The notes under the pieces were generated by a model. It saw only the letters and a program-made list of their open reading frames with translations, made no database searches and was not told the DNA's origin. Below are positions 14,660 to 27,676 of a stretch of 64,000 nt of DNA, in pieces. Each line of letters starts with the position of its first letter. Position 1 is the stretch's first letter. The position numbers were made by a program, and so were the translations under genes. This DNA comes from Vicugna vicugna. Taxonomy: Eukaryota. The stretch lies in assembly GCA_013265495.1 (NCBI GenBank), contig MU058844.1:9258184-9322183 (forward strand), in the 5' to 3' direction.

Positions 14660-14959
14660 AAAAGTCACGAAAATCAGTATCCATTTAGTTACTTAAAGTA
14701 GGTAAGTTTATACTTTGAACTTGAATGTAATTTGAGTATCTCATTGACCTTATTTTGACATTCATTTAGGGGATTAGAAAAAGAACTGTTGGTGGTGACA
14801 CGTACAAAGGGTACAGTCAGACGAAAGGATAGTTCCTAGGATTCTAAGCAATCTAAGGAGCCACAGTTGCGACAAAAGTGGGATGAGAAAGACCACAATG
14901 GTTGTTACAGAGACAGACATTTGGCTTCCTCTCTTTATACCTCTGCTTGTCCTGAGACC

Positions 14960-15240
14960 CAAGAAGCAATCCATCTGCGCCACGGGCGCACAGACGCCTG
15001 CTCACACGCTCAGGCACGCAGACTGCACAACCACCCGGCTCTCCAGCTGCTCCACGTGCAGGGCAGGCTTCCGCTCCCGGAAAGCCCGAGGCAAGCTGCA
15101 CTCCTTAATCAAACTCCAGAGGGCTCCCACAGTCCCGTTTCAAAGATGTTCTAAAAACATCTGCCTCACCCTGCCCAGGCTGTAATTAAGTGGCTAGCAG
15201 TTATCTAGGCAGACAGGAAATCCGGATGTCACGTTTTGAC
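14960..15240. promoter_or_regulatory. CpG-rich non-repeat patch, candidate intronic enhancer or promoter
   Basis: 11 CpG in ~115 bp (14977-15090) in a CpG-depleted background; CACGTG and CAGCTG E-boxes; CCGGAA and CCGGATGT ETS-like sites. Confidence 0.35.
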
Positions 15241-15639
15241 TGGGAAATAGCTACACTGAACAAATCAGAACATTCTCTTTGAAGAGGAGAACTGGACACT
15301 TCATTTGGAGAAATCTTTCCAAAGGTGCCCAACCTGAGAAAGACACAATGTTCAGCAATTTTCCAGCATAATTTCCTTAGGGAAGAGACAACCGGGAGGC
15401 AGACAGCAGGAAATTGAAGGTTGCGAAGAATAAGTTACCTTGGTATGTTTATATTCACACTGCGTTAGAAGCTAATACAGACACTTCACTATTTTTTTTA
15501 GTATTTTTACTGCCTCACCCCACCTTATTGCATTAGTGAGTTGTAACCTAAATGAATTTTTCTTAAAACTTCTAACTCCAAAGGAAGAAAATGAAAGAGA
15601 AATGAAAGAGAATTAATACACATATTTTTTCCAAATATG

Positions 15640-15790
15640 AATTATGCCTTGTACCATGTGCTAAGTGCTTTCTGTTTATATTATTGCATTTAAGCCAACA
15701 GGGAGAAAAGGAAATATTATTTTTTCCAGATGAGAAATCCTGAGGCCTAGGATAGAAAATTTAAGCCATTTCCCTTGCTTCACATTGTTT
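15640..15790 (-). mobile_element. MIR fragment
   Basis: tgtgctaagtgcttt...ccagatgagaaatcctgaggcctag matches the reverse-strand MIR core. Confidence 0.6.
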
Positions 15791-15964
15791 TCAGAGAAGG
15801 AGAACAATGGCACAGATGAGGAGTCCCTTGTGAGGTTCTCATGTAGAATACAGACGATGAGCAGGAAATGGAACTCACCCAGACCGCATCTCAGCAGAGA
15901 GAGAAAAACCCTTGTGACAGGAAGTGAGCCCAGTCTCTCACACACGCAAATGGAAGGAATGGTG

Positions 15965-16560
15965 ACACGTAACACTTATTACCAAATGTCTATGAGCAGC
16001 TATTATGTGGTACTGTCATTCAAACTGGATAGAGCAATAAATGCAAGTGCCCAAAATTCCTACCCACGTGGAGCTCACATTCTAACTAGGGGAACAAACC
16101 ACAACAACACAAGAAAGTACAACGTATAGCATGTTAAAAAGTGATAACCACTAAGAAAATAAAGCACAGACAGGATATGGGATGTGAAGGGAAGGGATTG
16201 CAATTTTAGATTGGGTGACCAGAAAAAACCTCCCTGAGAAGAACATTTGAGTGAAGACCTAAAAGAAGTGAGGGCACATGCCTCATACATATCTAGGGAC
16301 AAAGAATCCAAGAGGAAGGAACTGCAAGTGCAAAGATCCTGAGGTAGGTTTATTCCTAGAGTATTTAAGGAGCAGTGAGGCAGTCAGTGTGACTGAAGCA
16401 GAACAAATGAGGAAAGTGTTGATAAGAAATACGATCAGAGAGGTAGTCAGGAGACAGATTGCATAAAACTACTTCAAAGTCCTCGTAAGACCTCAAGTTT
16501 TTCTTCTGAGTGACTCTGCAAGCTCATGAGGGCTTCTGAACAAAGAAGCTGATGAACCAT
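15965..16560 (-). mobile_element. L2 (L2a-like) 3' portion
   Basis: ggagctcacattcta...cctccctgagaagaacatttgag...gaactgcaagtgcaaagatcctgagg is typical antisense L2. Confidence 0.8.
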
Positions 16561-16849
16561 AACAATGCAAATAAAATCTACTTAAATTGTTAAGCCTCAT
16601 TTAGGTTCTATGATCAGGTTTATTTTATTTGGGGTTTTGAGAGAGATATGGGAGAAATATGGACAGGTGGAAGCTGTTTTGGAATGGTTGGTTAACGACA
16701 GGAACCTGTCTTCCTGAAAGCAGGAACCCATTCACGTGAGAATTCACTAGACTGACAAAAAGATTAGAGCCCAGTTAGGTGGCAGATGGGAGACAGCCTG
16801 CCCACACAAACTGAAGACAATCAGTTTTGTTATATAAGTGTTAGTGTGT

Positions 16850-17300
16850 CTATAAATAAATACAGCATTTCTAAAAGGCAATTTGGCAATTCTTATAAGA
16901 AGCCTTAAAAATGCCAATTTTTCTAAAAACCCTTAAAGCCTCCTCATAGCCTTTAATACAGTTGTTCCACTTTAAGTGATGTGAACAATGAGATATTCGT
17001 AAGAGTTCACACATATCAAGTGCCAAGGATGTTTGTCATAGTATTATTTATATTAGAGTTTAAAAGATTGTTCAAAAAATAGGAATTATTCCATATTAAG
17101 GAATACTGCAAAGGCATTCAAACACCATAGAAAAATGTCCAGCCAAGATAGGAAATGATTCTCACCAAAATACTGTTTAGATAAAAGTTATGAAACAAAA
17201 TGTACAACATGATACAATTTTTTGTAAATAACATACATTGGGCAAAATAAACATCTTGGCAAGATACACATTAAATATTAACAGAATTTCTGGACCCCAT
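16850..17300 (+). mobile_element. Degenerate old L1 3' fragment
   Basis: aaggcaatttggcaat...aaggatgtttgtcatagtattatttata. Confidence 0.5.
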
Positions 17301-17371
17301 TTCTGAATGGGGAGCAGAGGAGGAATTATATTCAAGAGTTCAAAGGCTACATCCATAGCCTTTAAATCTGT

Positions 17372-17918
17372 CCATGGTGGAGGACTGAAGGTGGGTGCAA
17401 TTTGATATTCCTTCTACCTACGGGTGGGTTCCATGTCCTCTCAACTTCACTTTGGGTCATCTCTTGATGGCTTTGAGTAACAGCAAAGAGTGGAAATGAT
17501 ACTTTGTCAGTTTCTAGGCACAGGTCAGTCTTAAGAAAACCAGAACACTCTCAGGAACCCATGAGCTGCCATAGAAGACGGTCGGCTACTCTGAGTCTTC
17601 CAAGCTAAAAATGCCACTTGCAAGCATTCCAGACAGAGTCCTAGATGAGTCAAGCCTTCGGCCAGTCCCAGGTATGACAGTGAAGCCATTTTGGACCCTC
17701 CAGACTAGTTCACTCACCACACAATACTGTCTGAGTTGTCTCAATCAACAACACTTGGAGTACAAAATCCCTAGCTGATCTCTGCCTGTATCTTTGATCC
17801 ATAAAATCCTGAGATATGGTGGCTATTTTAAGCCACTAGGTTTTGGAGGTTTTTGTTTTTTGGGTTTTTTTTGGTTTTTTGTTTGTTTGTTTTTCACACA
17901 GCAAAAGACACTGGAATA
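17372..17918 (+). mobile_element. MaLR solo LTR (MLT1G/H-like)
   Basis: Internal gtggaaatgatactttgtcagtttctaggc and 3' end tttaagccactaggttttgg...cagcaaaagacactggaata match MLT1 consensus features; interrupted by a (GTTT)n tract. Confidence 0.75.
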
Positions 17919-18319
17919 CTTGCCATTAAAAATGTTACAGAAATCTTTCAAAAAGGAATTGTGCATGTAATTATATGACAACATTCTCCTAGCCAACAGC
18001 TGAAATCAGGTTCTTCTAGTGCGCTTTGAGAATCATTTGTATCAGCAGGACCGAACACCGTCCAATCCCTGACATTTTGTGCTCAGAAAATGTTCGCTGA
18101 CTAGTAAATGCATCCTTATATAATTTTAGGCTCTGATTCCCATTAAGAACAGGGATCTTGAAAAAATAAACAGCAAATCATACAATGCAACCCCAAAATG
18201 AACCAGAGAGCAAGAGAAACAGATAACTCAGGAAAGGGAAAAAAAATGTACGTTACTGCTGTAATTCTGTTATGATCTTTTTCTTATTCCAAGAACGATA
18301 TTCAAAGGTCAGCCCTTCC

Positions 18320-19250
18320 ATAAATATTTATTGAATATACCCTGTGTACTGAATGCATGTCTTTTGGTGAGAAGGGAGTGTTAAAGGTGAAAAGACATGC
18401 CTAACAGAAATAGTAGCAAGAACAAAGTTGAGCAGTTAGACCACCAAGGGACTGACCCCAAGTTATTTAGTAGAGCAAAGCTTGGGGGTGGTGGATGGAC
18501 TGAGAGATAATAAATAAGGAACAAAATGTGCACGGAGAGCAGAGGCAGATCACGAAGTGTCTCCCGAACCACATTAAGGAATTTGGATATTATTCTGGGA
18601 ACACTGGGGGACTCAGGGTCTGTAGCAGAAGCAATTTATTCAGAATTACAGCTTAGAAAAAGTTGTTCAGTTGTGAACTAGAGTGTTAAATTGAAGATCC
18701 CAACCTAGGGCAAGAAATTAGACGTTGGTGGTCTGGTGCAGGCGCAGGTAGAAGATGATGAGATCAAATGTGAGTTATACTCAGAATCGGAAGAGCTTGG
18801 TGATTGATGGGATATGGGGACAGAGCAAGAGGAAGAAATCCAGGACAAGCCCCAGGGTTTTGGCTCACAGATGAAAGCCAACACAGAAAGAAGAGGAGAT
18901 GGGAGTCAGGCTTAAGAGGAAGAACATGGTGGCAGGTTCAGCTCTATAAATAAGAGCTCCAGCTGTATCTGGAAATCTGCCAGTGGGTTCCCACTGTGGT
19001 TCTAGAAACACAACATTTAAGCAATATGGATTCAGAAGTTGGTGGCCCATACAGAGAGCTAAAGCCCTAGAAATAAATCAATTCAGTGGCCCAGGGCCGC
19101 TGAGTCGTATTAATCACAGCATCATGATGGGCACAGAAGCAATCTGTAAAGAAATCATTCTCTCACCTCTTAATCTATACAGTGAGCTATAAATAACTTG
19201 AATGGTGGTAGCCGAAAGAAAGCAGAAACAGCGAGTCGTACACCGGTGAA
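18320..19250 (-). mobile_element. L2 fragment(s)
   Basis: aaatattttattgaatataccctgtgt; taaggaatttggatattattctgg; cttggtgattgatgggatatgggg. Confidence 0.65.
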
Positions 19251-19709
19251 AGAAAATCAGTGTAATCTTTGTGTTCACGAGATGGTGCGATTACAGTTTA
19301 AAATACTTAATTCAAAGCAGCTTAACTTTTGGTACGGGAAGCAGACCGTTAATTCAAGCTGCAAGACACTGGTCTTATCCAGGTCTCTTACCAGCACACT
19401 GCCTCTAACCTTAGAGAACCTCATAAATAACTTAGAGCTGAATTAGATATGAAATGCTGGACTAACAAAGGAGTAAGATAAAACACATGAAGAAAGGACT
19501 CCTGACAACACAGAACAATGACAGTTCCGGTTCTAATCCTGACTCGTTCGTTGACTCTGGGAAATTAAATTCTCTGTGATGAATTTTTTCATTTATAAAT
19601 TGAGCCCTTTGTTCTAAGTTTTCTTGAGTCTGGACTATCTACAGACCAGGATGCTAAAGATGGTCTTTATATTTGTGCAGGGTTATTCATATAGAATGGA
19701 AAGGAAAAG

Positions 19710-19920
19710 AAAAACATTTACTGAGTGTTTCTATAGGCCAGGAACTTGCAGAATTGTTCATACATATCTGTTTCACTTCATTTCAAGCTTTCTACAAGCC
19801 TGTGAGAAAACCCACGAGCACACGATTAAGGACTTGTCAGTGGCTACAGAGGATGTAGCTAAACCAGGATTTAAATGGTCTTATTGGGAGTCAGCGTCAC
19901 TTTTTCCTGCCCACACTGCT
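19710..19920 (-). mobile_element. MIR fragment
   Basis: aacatttactgagtgtttctataggccagg...gattaaggacttgtcagtggctacag...ccaggatttaaa. Confidence 0.6.
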
Positions 19921-21867
19921 TTTCCAAGGAGCATTAGTCACCTGTTGTTTTCCAAATTAGAACTGATAGCAAAAGAGGAACTGGGAATTACTCTTATGGG
20001 GCCAGTGGGCCCACCGTGCAGAGAATTGCATGCACCAGGGGAAATCAAATTTCCAGACCAGAAGGTTTTGTCAAGGGAGGGTTTACGAACTCTTTCTTGT
20101 AAAGATCTACTAAAACGTGACACGTTTTCGCCTTTCTAGAGGGGATTAAATGTGATTCTTGCAAAGGGAAGGAGAATTAGAATAGATGATATTTCAAAGA
20201 CCAAACCAATACTATATTATTAATCAATTTCTTAGTGTTTACTCTCTTATCAAAACATTGTCACTAGCACAGTAATAAGCACAGAGATTCTAAAAAGCAA
20301 CTTACACATCTGAGTTACTTCATGGTTCATACTTGAAAAAAGTACCAACTGTAATGTGGGTGTTCTTCTGACATTATAATGCTATAAAGATGAAAATGTG
20401 TGATTCAATGACTGCTATTTAACTCGGGTATTCACTTTCAGATGGATTAACAATCAGTAAACAGCTATTCACTTTCAGAAAGAGAAAGCCTCACCAAGCC
20501 TAACATTTGACAAAAGATTATTCCTTCCACAAACCAAATTCACGTAGCTTAGCTCTAAGTCCCTGCTTCTCCAACTATCAGTAAAAATTACCTACTTTAG
20601 ACTAATGAAGGCTTGCTCTAAATGAGGAAAAAACTCTGTTGCCAGGCAACAAAGATGCCATCAAGATATTTTTCCTCTCTTACCAGATGAACACCATCAC
20701 AGCATCACTCACTGAACACTGCTGAAATGACAGTGTGTCTATATAACTGTTTTTCCCCAGTCATAACTTCTCATGTCAAACTACCTAAAATCTCTTTCCC
20801 ATGAATAAAAAATAGAGACAAATTTATTTTTGAGAAAAAAAAATGTTCTGAGAAAAAAAAAATGCACCAGACAGTAGTGACTCATTCATATTACTAAAGA
20901 CTCTGCATTGTACTATTTGAAAGCAGTACAGGGAATATATATGGGACCACCCAGTTCGTGGGGCAATGGCATTGCCAGTCCAGTCCAAATCAGCTCTCTG
21001 AGTTCTACCGTGTGTATTTCAAAAGTCTAGTTCAATCCATTGTCTTTGAACATATAGGTCTGTACTTAGAAAAAAAAAACTATCACTATAGCCCAAATCT
21101 GATGAGCTCAGAAAATACTAAGTAAAACCCAGAAAGCAGGGAATGATAGTTAAAAAGTAAAGCCTAGGAAGGCAGCATTTTAATTCTACATAGAAATATT
21201 TTACTTCAAGATCTGCAACCAAAGGAAAGTTTGCTAGTGGCTACTGGTACCCAAACCAAAGAGAACAGATTTTTAAATAATTAAAAATAGAGCCATCAAG
21301 GTAAAGTCACTGAGGAGATATTTTCCTCACTGTCATGTCAACTATATAGAGCCTTTTATCCCTTGGCCCCAAACAGGAAAAACATACAGGATCTTGCTTA
21401 GGGCACAGACTTGTTGTGCTTAAGTTGGAAGAAAGTCACACATCTACCATATAGTTGTAACATTTTTTTTAAAAAAAAGCATAAATAACAAGAGTCATAA
21501 AACTCTCATTGTGCAATTCTAGGGATGAAGAAACTTCCCTATCACAGATTAACTCAGAACCACAGTCTGACAGACTGAAATCTCTCTGCATATAAATGTA
21601 TCAACTCAGATGCACAGAAGTGGAATGTGTGAGAATGCAAAGGTAACCGAGGAAGAGGGCAATCCAGGAAAAACACGTGGCTTCAACTTTGATCCTCTCC
21701 CCATCCAGTCTCCAATCCTGGTTGTGGGTTTCGTAAACAGTCTACCAAGATGAATTAGTCAGTACTGTATCTGAGCCCGTACCATTTCTCACAGAGATCT
21801 CAGGCTGGAATGACTGCTACTAAAGTATAATTAATTATTCCATGTTGTAAATAAAATGTATTGCTGA

Positions 21868-22521
21868 TGTTAGAGCAGGCAGATAGCTAGATATGAGCAG
21901 AGAAAGGGGGACACAGACCAAATGGCAGGAATCGGGCAGAAAGGAGGGGCACAGGCCAAATGCAGGAAAACATACTGTAAGCACCAGGGGTCCCTGGGCA
22001 GAGAAAGAAAAGCAGGAACCTTGGGGCTGATAAGGGATCATGCTTTTTGGGGTGACAAGTGGCCTGGAGAAGAACAAAGAGAGGTGAGAAAAGGCAGGAA
22101 TTTCGTGTCCAAATGTAACCTTTTGCTCATTATGCCCTCATTTAAGTAAAATTAGCCTTGCAGATCAGAAGTACTCATCATGCACCGACGCCATGACACT
22201 TCCGATCCAGACTAAATAAGGACAAAAATCCCTTCGTCCTTTGGGAAGGTGGAGTTGGGATGATAATCAGGGAATATGACCCCAAACCCTTCCCTCCCCA
22301 ATGAATATTCCGCCCATTCATTTTTACACCTTATGTAGCTAACTTGCCAAAGAAACTCAGGGCAGCCGCTCACCTGAGCCTGCCTGCTCTCCCCTTGAGA
22401 GTGTGCTATCCATCCTTTAATAAATCCTCACTTTTACTTTTTTTAACCTCTAAATCCTGTCTCTGAATTCTTTCTGGGGCGGGACAAGAACCTGGAACAC
22501 CGGTTGCATCCATCGGCAACA
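21868..22521 (+). mobile_element. Solo ERV LTR (ERV1-like, ~654 bp)
   Basis: TGTT...AACA termini; flanks CTGA/CTGC (3 of 4 TSD match); AATAAA at 22419-22424 followed by a U5-like ctctgaattctttctggggcgggacaagaacctgg; no PBS downstream. Confidence 0.8.
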
Positions 22522-23499
22522 CTGCCTTTAAAAAAATCTTAGGCTAGTGGCTCTTCTCTCACTATACCTAAGCATTGGGACTGGATTTGATCAGCCTAAC
22601 CCATTTTTGTGATTAAAATCCTTGTCCCTGTTGTCCATTCTCAGGAAGTACAAACCACCAAACAGTGCAAAAATAAGTATTATCAGATCGTGATAGAGCC
22701 TTGACACATTTTAATAATATGGTATTAGGGTGTGTGTGCCTTTGGATCAATGGTTTTGATTTAAGAACCAGCATGACTGAAGTTTGCCGGAGCCTGTGGG
22801 TCTACTTTAACCAAAATCCAGAATTATCAGATTCCTCCTCAAAGGAAGAAGCTTTAGGCTATATATAGAATGTACTGACTTCAGAACTTGCAACTGCAAT
22901 TAAAACTGCGGCAGTTCAATCAAACAGGGAGAGAAATGCTGTGATTACTCCAAGATATAAGAACTCAGCAAAGGTAGCTCAAGGCAGATACAGTAAGATC
23001 AATAACTTCAATCGGCACCAATGTCTCAATCCATTAGGAGACTACCATTTTCTCACTGAAATCTTTCTTTAGGGTTTTAAAAACTCTATAAAGAATCTGA
23101 CTCCTCCATTAAAGAGATGGACACAAAACAAACACCAAAATCACCCAGTGCCGTTCAAGTTGGTAATCATTATCTCATTTCAAGTATTTCATCACGACCG
23201 GGGCATTAAGACACTTGAAACATTTTCAACGTAAGTTCTGTATCTTCTGATGGGAACCACATATATATGTTCTGCCGGCAGGTGGAAAGAATCATGGATT
23301 CTTTTGATCTAAACCCTTGTCCCTTATAAAAGCCATAGTGCAACTCAAGTGTTCTAACCTTGCAGTCTTCATCTTTATTTAACTGACCAATAGCAAGCAA
23401 AAGAGTAAAGTGTTTCTACCCAGGATTATATAACATTACAGAGTGGGATGTCAAGCTTTTTTGTCACAATAATTTCTAAACTAGTATCAAATAGAAAGG

Positions 23500-23612
23500 A
23501 AATAAATAGGAAGGAAAGAACGAGGGAGGGAAAAAGAAAAGGAAGAGAAAGAAAGGTAGGAAGAAAGGAAGGAAGGAAAGAAGGGGAAAGAAAAGGAGAA
23601 ATTTCAAAAAGA
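23500..23612 (+). repeat. GA-rich simple repeat (GGAA/GAAA)
   Basis: Directly visible purine tract. Confidence 0.9.
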
Positions 23613-25490
23613 AATAAGGTCTATAATGTTTTGGGTTTTGGTGCTTGGTTGCTTAAATTTAAAGATAGTTTTTTTTGTACTAGGTGATTCACTCATAAAG
23701 AAAACAGTACTTTTACACTAATCTTAAGTCAGAAAAAAGAAAAGAAATCTTGCAAAGGACACCATGCCCTGCATTGCCAGTTCTTCCTTTGTAAAACTGT
23801 GCTTCCAGTTTGATTTCTGGAAAATGTTATCTTAGTACTAAAAATGATCCATAACAGTACAGTGTTTTATCCGGTGACTGTACAACTGAAAGATAATGAA
23901 GTTCTGGTTGCTTAGTTTTGTACATGGATTATCATGTCTTAAGGGAACAATTATCAATTCTCTTAATTTTCCCTTTTTAAATTATAATTGCAGCACCTCT
24001 GTTTCTCAACCTTTATCTAAAAAAATGTTCAGTCAATAATCCAAGTGCTTTTAATCATATTACAGATAAGTTACCGTGAAGATAAAGCATCTGGGTATAT
24101 GATAATTCATCTATTATTCAGATTTATGTATCAAATACATATAACTCTCCTACCTAGACTTGGCAAAACCAATTGCTTTCATGAGAGCATCAAACATTTA
24201 CTTCATTACAATCCAAAACAAGGGTCTAATGCTTCAGTGGTGTTGAACAGCAATGATTCTTTTTTAAAATCTCTGTAAGAAGTTGATCTGCTCTCGGATT
24301 TTCCACAGATTAGTTCTCAATTTTAAATGTTAGGTATTATTTAAATCAGACATCAAAGAGTGTTGATATTAACGGATCAAAGAGGATGTTAGCCACTAGA
24401 GATCTGTTGTTGCTAATACAGATTTCACTTGGGTAACAAAAACAACATGGTAATATAAATGGATTGACCGCAGAGTGGCTTCTTATAACTCAAGTCACAG
24501 GAATTAATCAATTGTCACTTATACATTTTAGTTATTTAATACATTCCTCACTAATTCCAAATTATACATCATAGTTTCTTAACAGCTCATTTGCACACGT
24601 ATATTAATGTAATCAGAGAGCACGTTCATAAATTATCCATTGTATGGAAGGTTCATAAAAGTATGTGATTGTATAAAATACTATCAATTTCTAAGTCAAT
24701 AACAAGTAAGAGCAACCTTGTAGAAAATCTGAAGTAAAGAAAAATATTCCTTTGGGCAAAGCTCAACCTTCCCTCAAATGTTATCAGATTTTTTATTGAC
24801 ATACCTCTTGGGGAAGCGCACCGACATCTATTTGATATGTAAAGTATTAGGAAATTCATAAACGTGCTAGAAATAGCAAATTTTTCTCTCTGTTTTTAAG
24901 AGTTACTAATAACTCATGAAGTACTTGTCTTTTCCCCTATTAATCTGATATCACTTTAAGAAAGCTGAACAGTTGCAAATATTAAACTTCAGTATCACTT
25001 TGCAATTATTTACCACAACATGCAACTTTGAAAACAGCAAATTGATTTCTTCTATGCAAATAAAGACTCTAACTAAATTTTCTGTTAGTAGCAGACATCT
25101 GCACCACCTGGGATTAATTTCCTTTACAAAAATAAGGACAAAACCACCGACCTATCCAGCTAGCTAGTTGCCTACATACATACCTTTCCATGTGTATGTC
25201 TTTGTGTACTTTAATCAGACACAATATCAATGCTGTAAAATTAAATGTGCAGATGGAAAGAATCAGTCATTTTGAGTAGAAATCCACTATGTTTTCCACA
25301 GTAATGAGCAGCCATTCAAACCTGATTAAAGTGACAGCACACGGACATACTGTGGCTATTAATTCCCTCTGAACAACACATTAAAGAAAAATTGCAAATT
25401 CACATGGAATTCAGTACCCACTAGAGACCTCATATGCTTGTTTCTCAGGCTTCAGAGAGTTTTCTGGTTTTTGGGTTTTTTTCGTTTTTT

Positions 25491-26418
25491 TGTAAGCCTG
25501 GATGCACTACATCTGCACAGGCTATAATTTGCAAAGACATCAGTAAGAAAAAGTAAAAGAATCATAATTTTGTTTATTAATGTGTTAGTTTCCTTCAACA
25601 AGCTTCAGCACAGCCACCTTTAAGGAGGAAAGGGGGGGAACAAAACTCTTCTACAAGCATTTGTGTAAGGTCACTTATGTGTTGGCAACAACCCTCCATT
25701 TTGACCAGGAGAGGAAAAGCATCTTGGAAAACATCTTCAAAGGTGATAAGATAGTTTCCTCTTTATGCCCAGGAAAATAAGTGTTAGAACTTTTCTGGTG
25801 AATAGGGTATGCATCAATTCTATAAATACTGTTCCTTGCAGGGGTCATAATTTTTTACTCGTTTTTATGTATTTTACACATAGCATTGCTCTTTCTCCAA
25901 ATTCAATCTTATCTTTTTCATCCCCAAATGGCTACAAATCTGAATTTAGATAAATGTAAGCCTGGATGCACTACATCTGCACAGGCTATAATCTGCAAAG
26001 ACATCAGTAAGAAAAAGTAAAAGAATCATAATTTTATTTATTAATGTTTTGGTTTCCTTCAACAAGCTTCAGCACAGCCACCTTTAAGGAGGAAAGGGGG
26101 GGAACAAAACTCTTCTACAAGCATTTGTGTAAGGTCACTTATGTGTTGGCAACAACCCTCCATTTTGACCAGGAGAGGAAAAGCATCTTGGAAAACATCT
26201 TCAAAGGTGATAAGATAGTTTCCTCTTTATGCCCAGGAAAATAAGTGTTAGAACTTTTCTGGTGAATAGGGTATGCATCAATTCTATAAATACTGTTCCT
26301 TGCAGGGGTCATAATTTTTTACTCGTTTTTATGTATTTTACACATAGCATTGCTCTTTCTCCAAATTCAATCTTATCTTTTTCATCCCCAAATGGCTACA
26401 AATCTGAATTTAGATAAA
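25491..26418 (+). repeat. Head-to-tail tandem duplication, 2 x 464 bp (25491-25954 and 25955-26418)
   Basis: Base-by-base comparison gives 4 mismatches; the identical 62-aa ORFs at 25765 and 26229 are exactly 464 apart. Confidence 0.97.
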
Positions 26419-27676
26419 AAATTTCTCCCTTAGCAAATCATATATGAGAAAACAGAAACTCTGATTTTCATCTTACTTAAGGAACATGTATTCTGCTCTG
26501 ATCATTTGATATTTTTTATTACAAATGATATAGAAAACATGTTTTTCTAAAAGAGTAATATCCAACAAAATAATGTAAAAAGTATAATTTATTAGAATCA
26601 GAGTTCTAAAATATTAGACACTGAAATTCAGTTTTAGCCACTCGATCTTCTAGATATAATCATTTTAAAAATCAGACCTAATTTTTGCTAAGAAATTTTA
26701 TTAATTTTTTAATCCAAATTTGATATCCTGCCCCAATTGCTCAGGAGATGGAAATTCTGAAAAGGCTAATACACAATAGTTAACCTAATAAGTTGAACCA
26801 AGTAAGGTTGAACTGAAATATGTCCATATGAAGGCCACAAGGCCCCCATAACTCATAGCTACGCTCAGTGGGCCAAATGGTAAAGCCAACAAAATCACCA
26901 GACTCAGTGATGAGGAAAACAGATTCCAGATAATCTACTTACTTTCACATATGTACACAATAATCCTTCAAAAGAAGCAGAAGAAAGATTTTTTCAATCT
27001 GTACCAAAATTTTAGTCTAACCACTGAATATGACAAGCTGTTCCCAAGGATCACTTAGTGGAAGGATAATAGAGAATAAATACGTAAATGAATAAATTAC
27101 ATATATAGTAGTCTTTTGGTGAAAAATAAATTTCTCTGTCTTGAGTGCTAGGCAGAAGAGGTCTGAACATCAGAAGGGAGCCAGAAAACCACAGGAAATC
27201 CTATTAAAGAAACAGTGCTTTCCGAAAAAAGGTACTCTGGGAGCAGCGTGTAGGGTGTACAGGGAAGCAGAAAGGACCGAGATAGGGGATGAGGATAATT
27301 TAATCAGGGCAGATGATAAGGTAGCTGCCACAGCTCAAAGGCAATAGGAGCACTGAAGGTGCAGTGGATCCAACAGACACTTCAAAGGAAAACCTGAGAT
27401 TCAGGGACTCACCTGATATGGGAAACAAAGAGAAGCAGCAGCAAAAGAGGTCTCTGGGGCTTTATATGTAAGGACCAAGAGGATGGTAGCATCAATGTCA
27501 TTTATGAAGATGTTTTTAACAAAAGGATGGTCAAGGAATTGCTTATTTCTAATGAAACCAGAACCACCTAATTCCTGAGTCTGTACCTGATCATCATAAT
27601 TCAGAATTTCCTCCAATCCTTGCAGAGTTTCTGAACATTCCTGCAATAGTTATGCATATGCTTGGAAAATGCTCAC

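Noticed and set aside
14774..15185. Four overlapping ORFs on both strands
   Set aside because: Expected from local high GC (few stop codons); no protein similarity or supported exon structure.
19624..20139. Longest supplied ORF (171 aa, +)
   Set aside because: Non-ATG start, overlaps an antisense MIR, no recognisable domain; consistent with a chance ORF.
25491..26418. CRISPR-like or satellite interpretation of the repeat
   Set aside because: Only two long copies with no spacers, in a eukaryotic intron; it is a simple tandem duplication.
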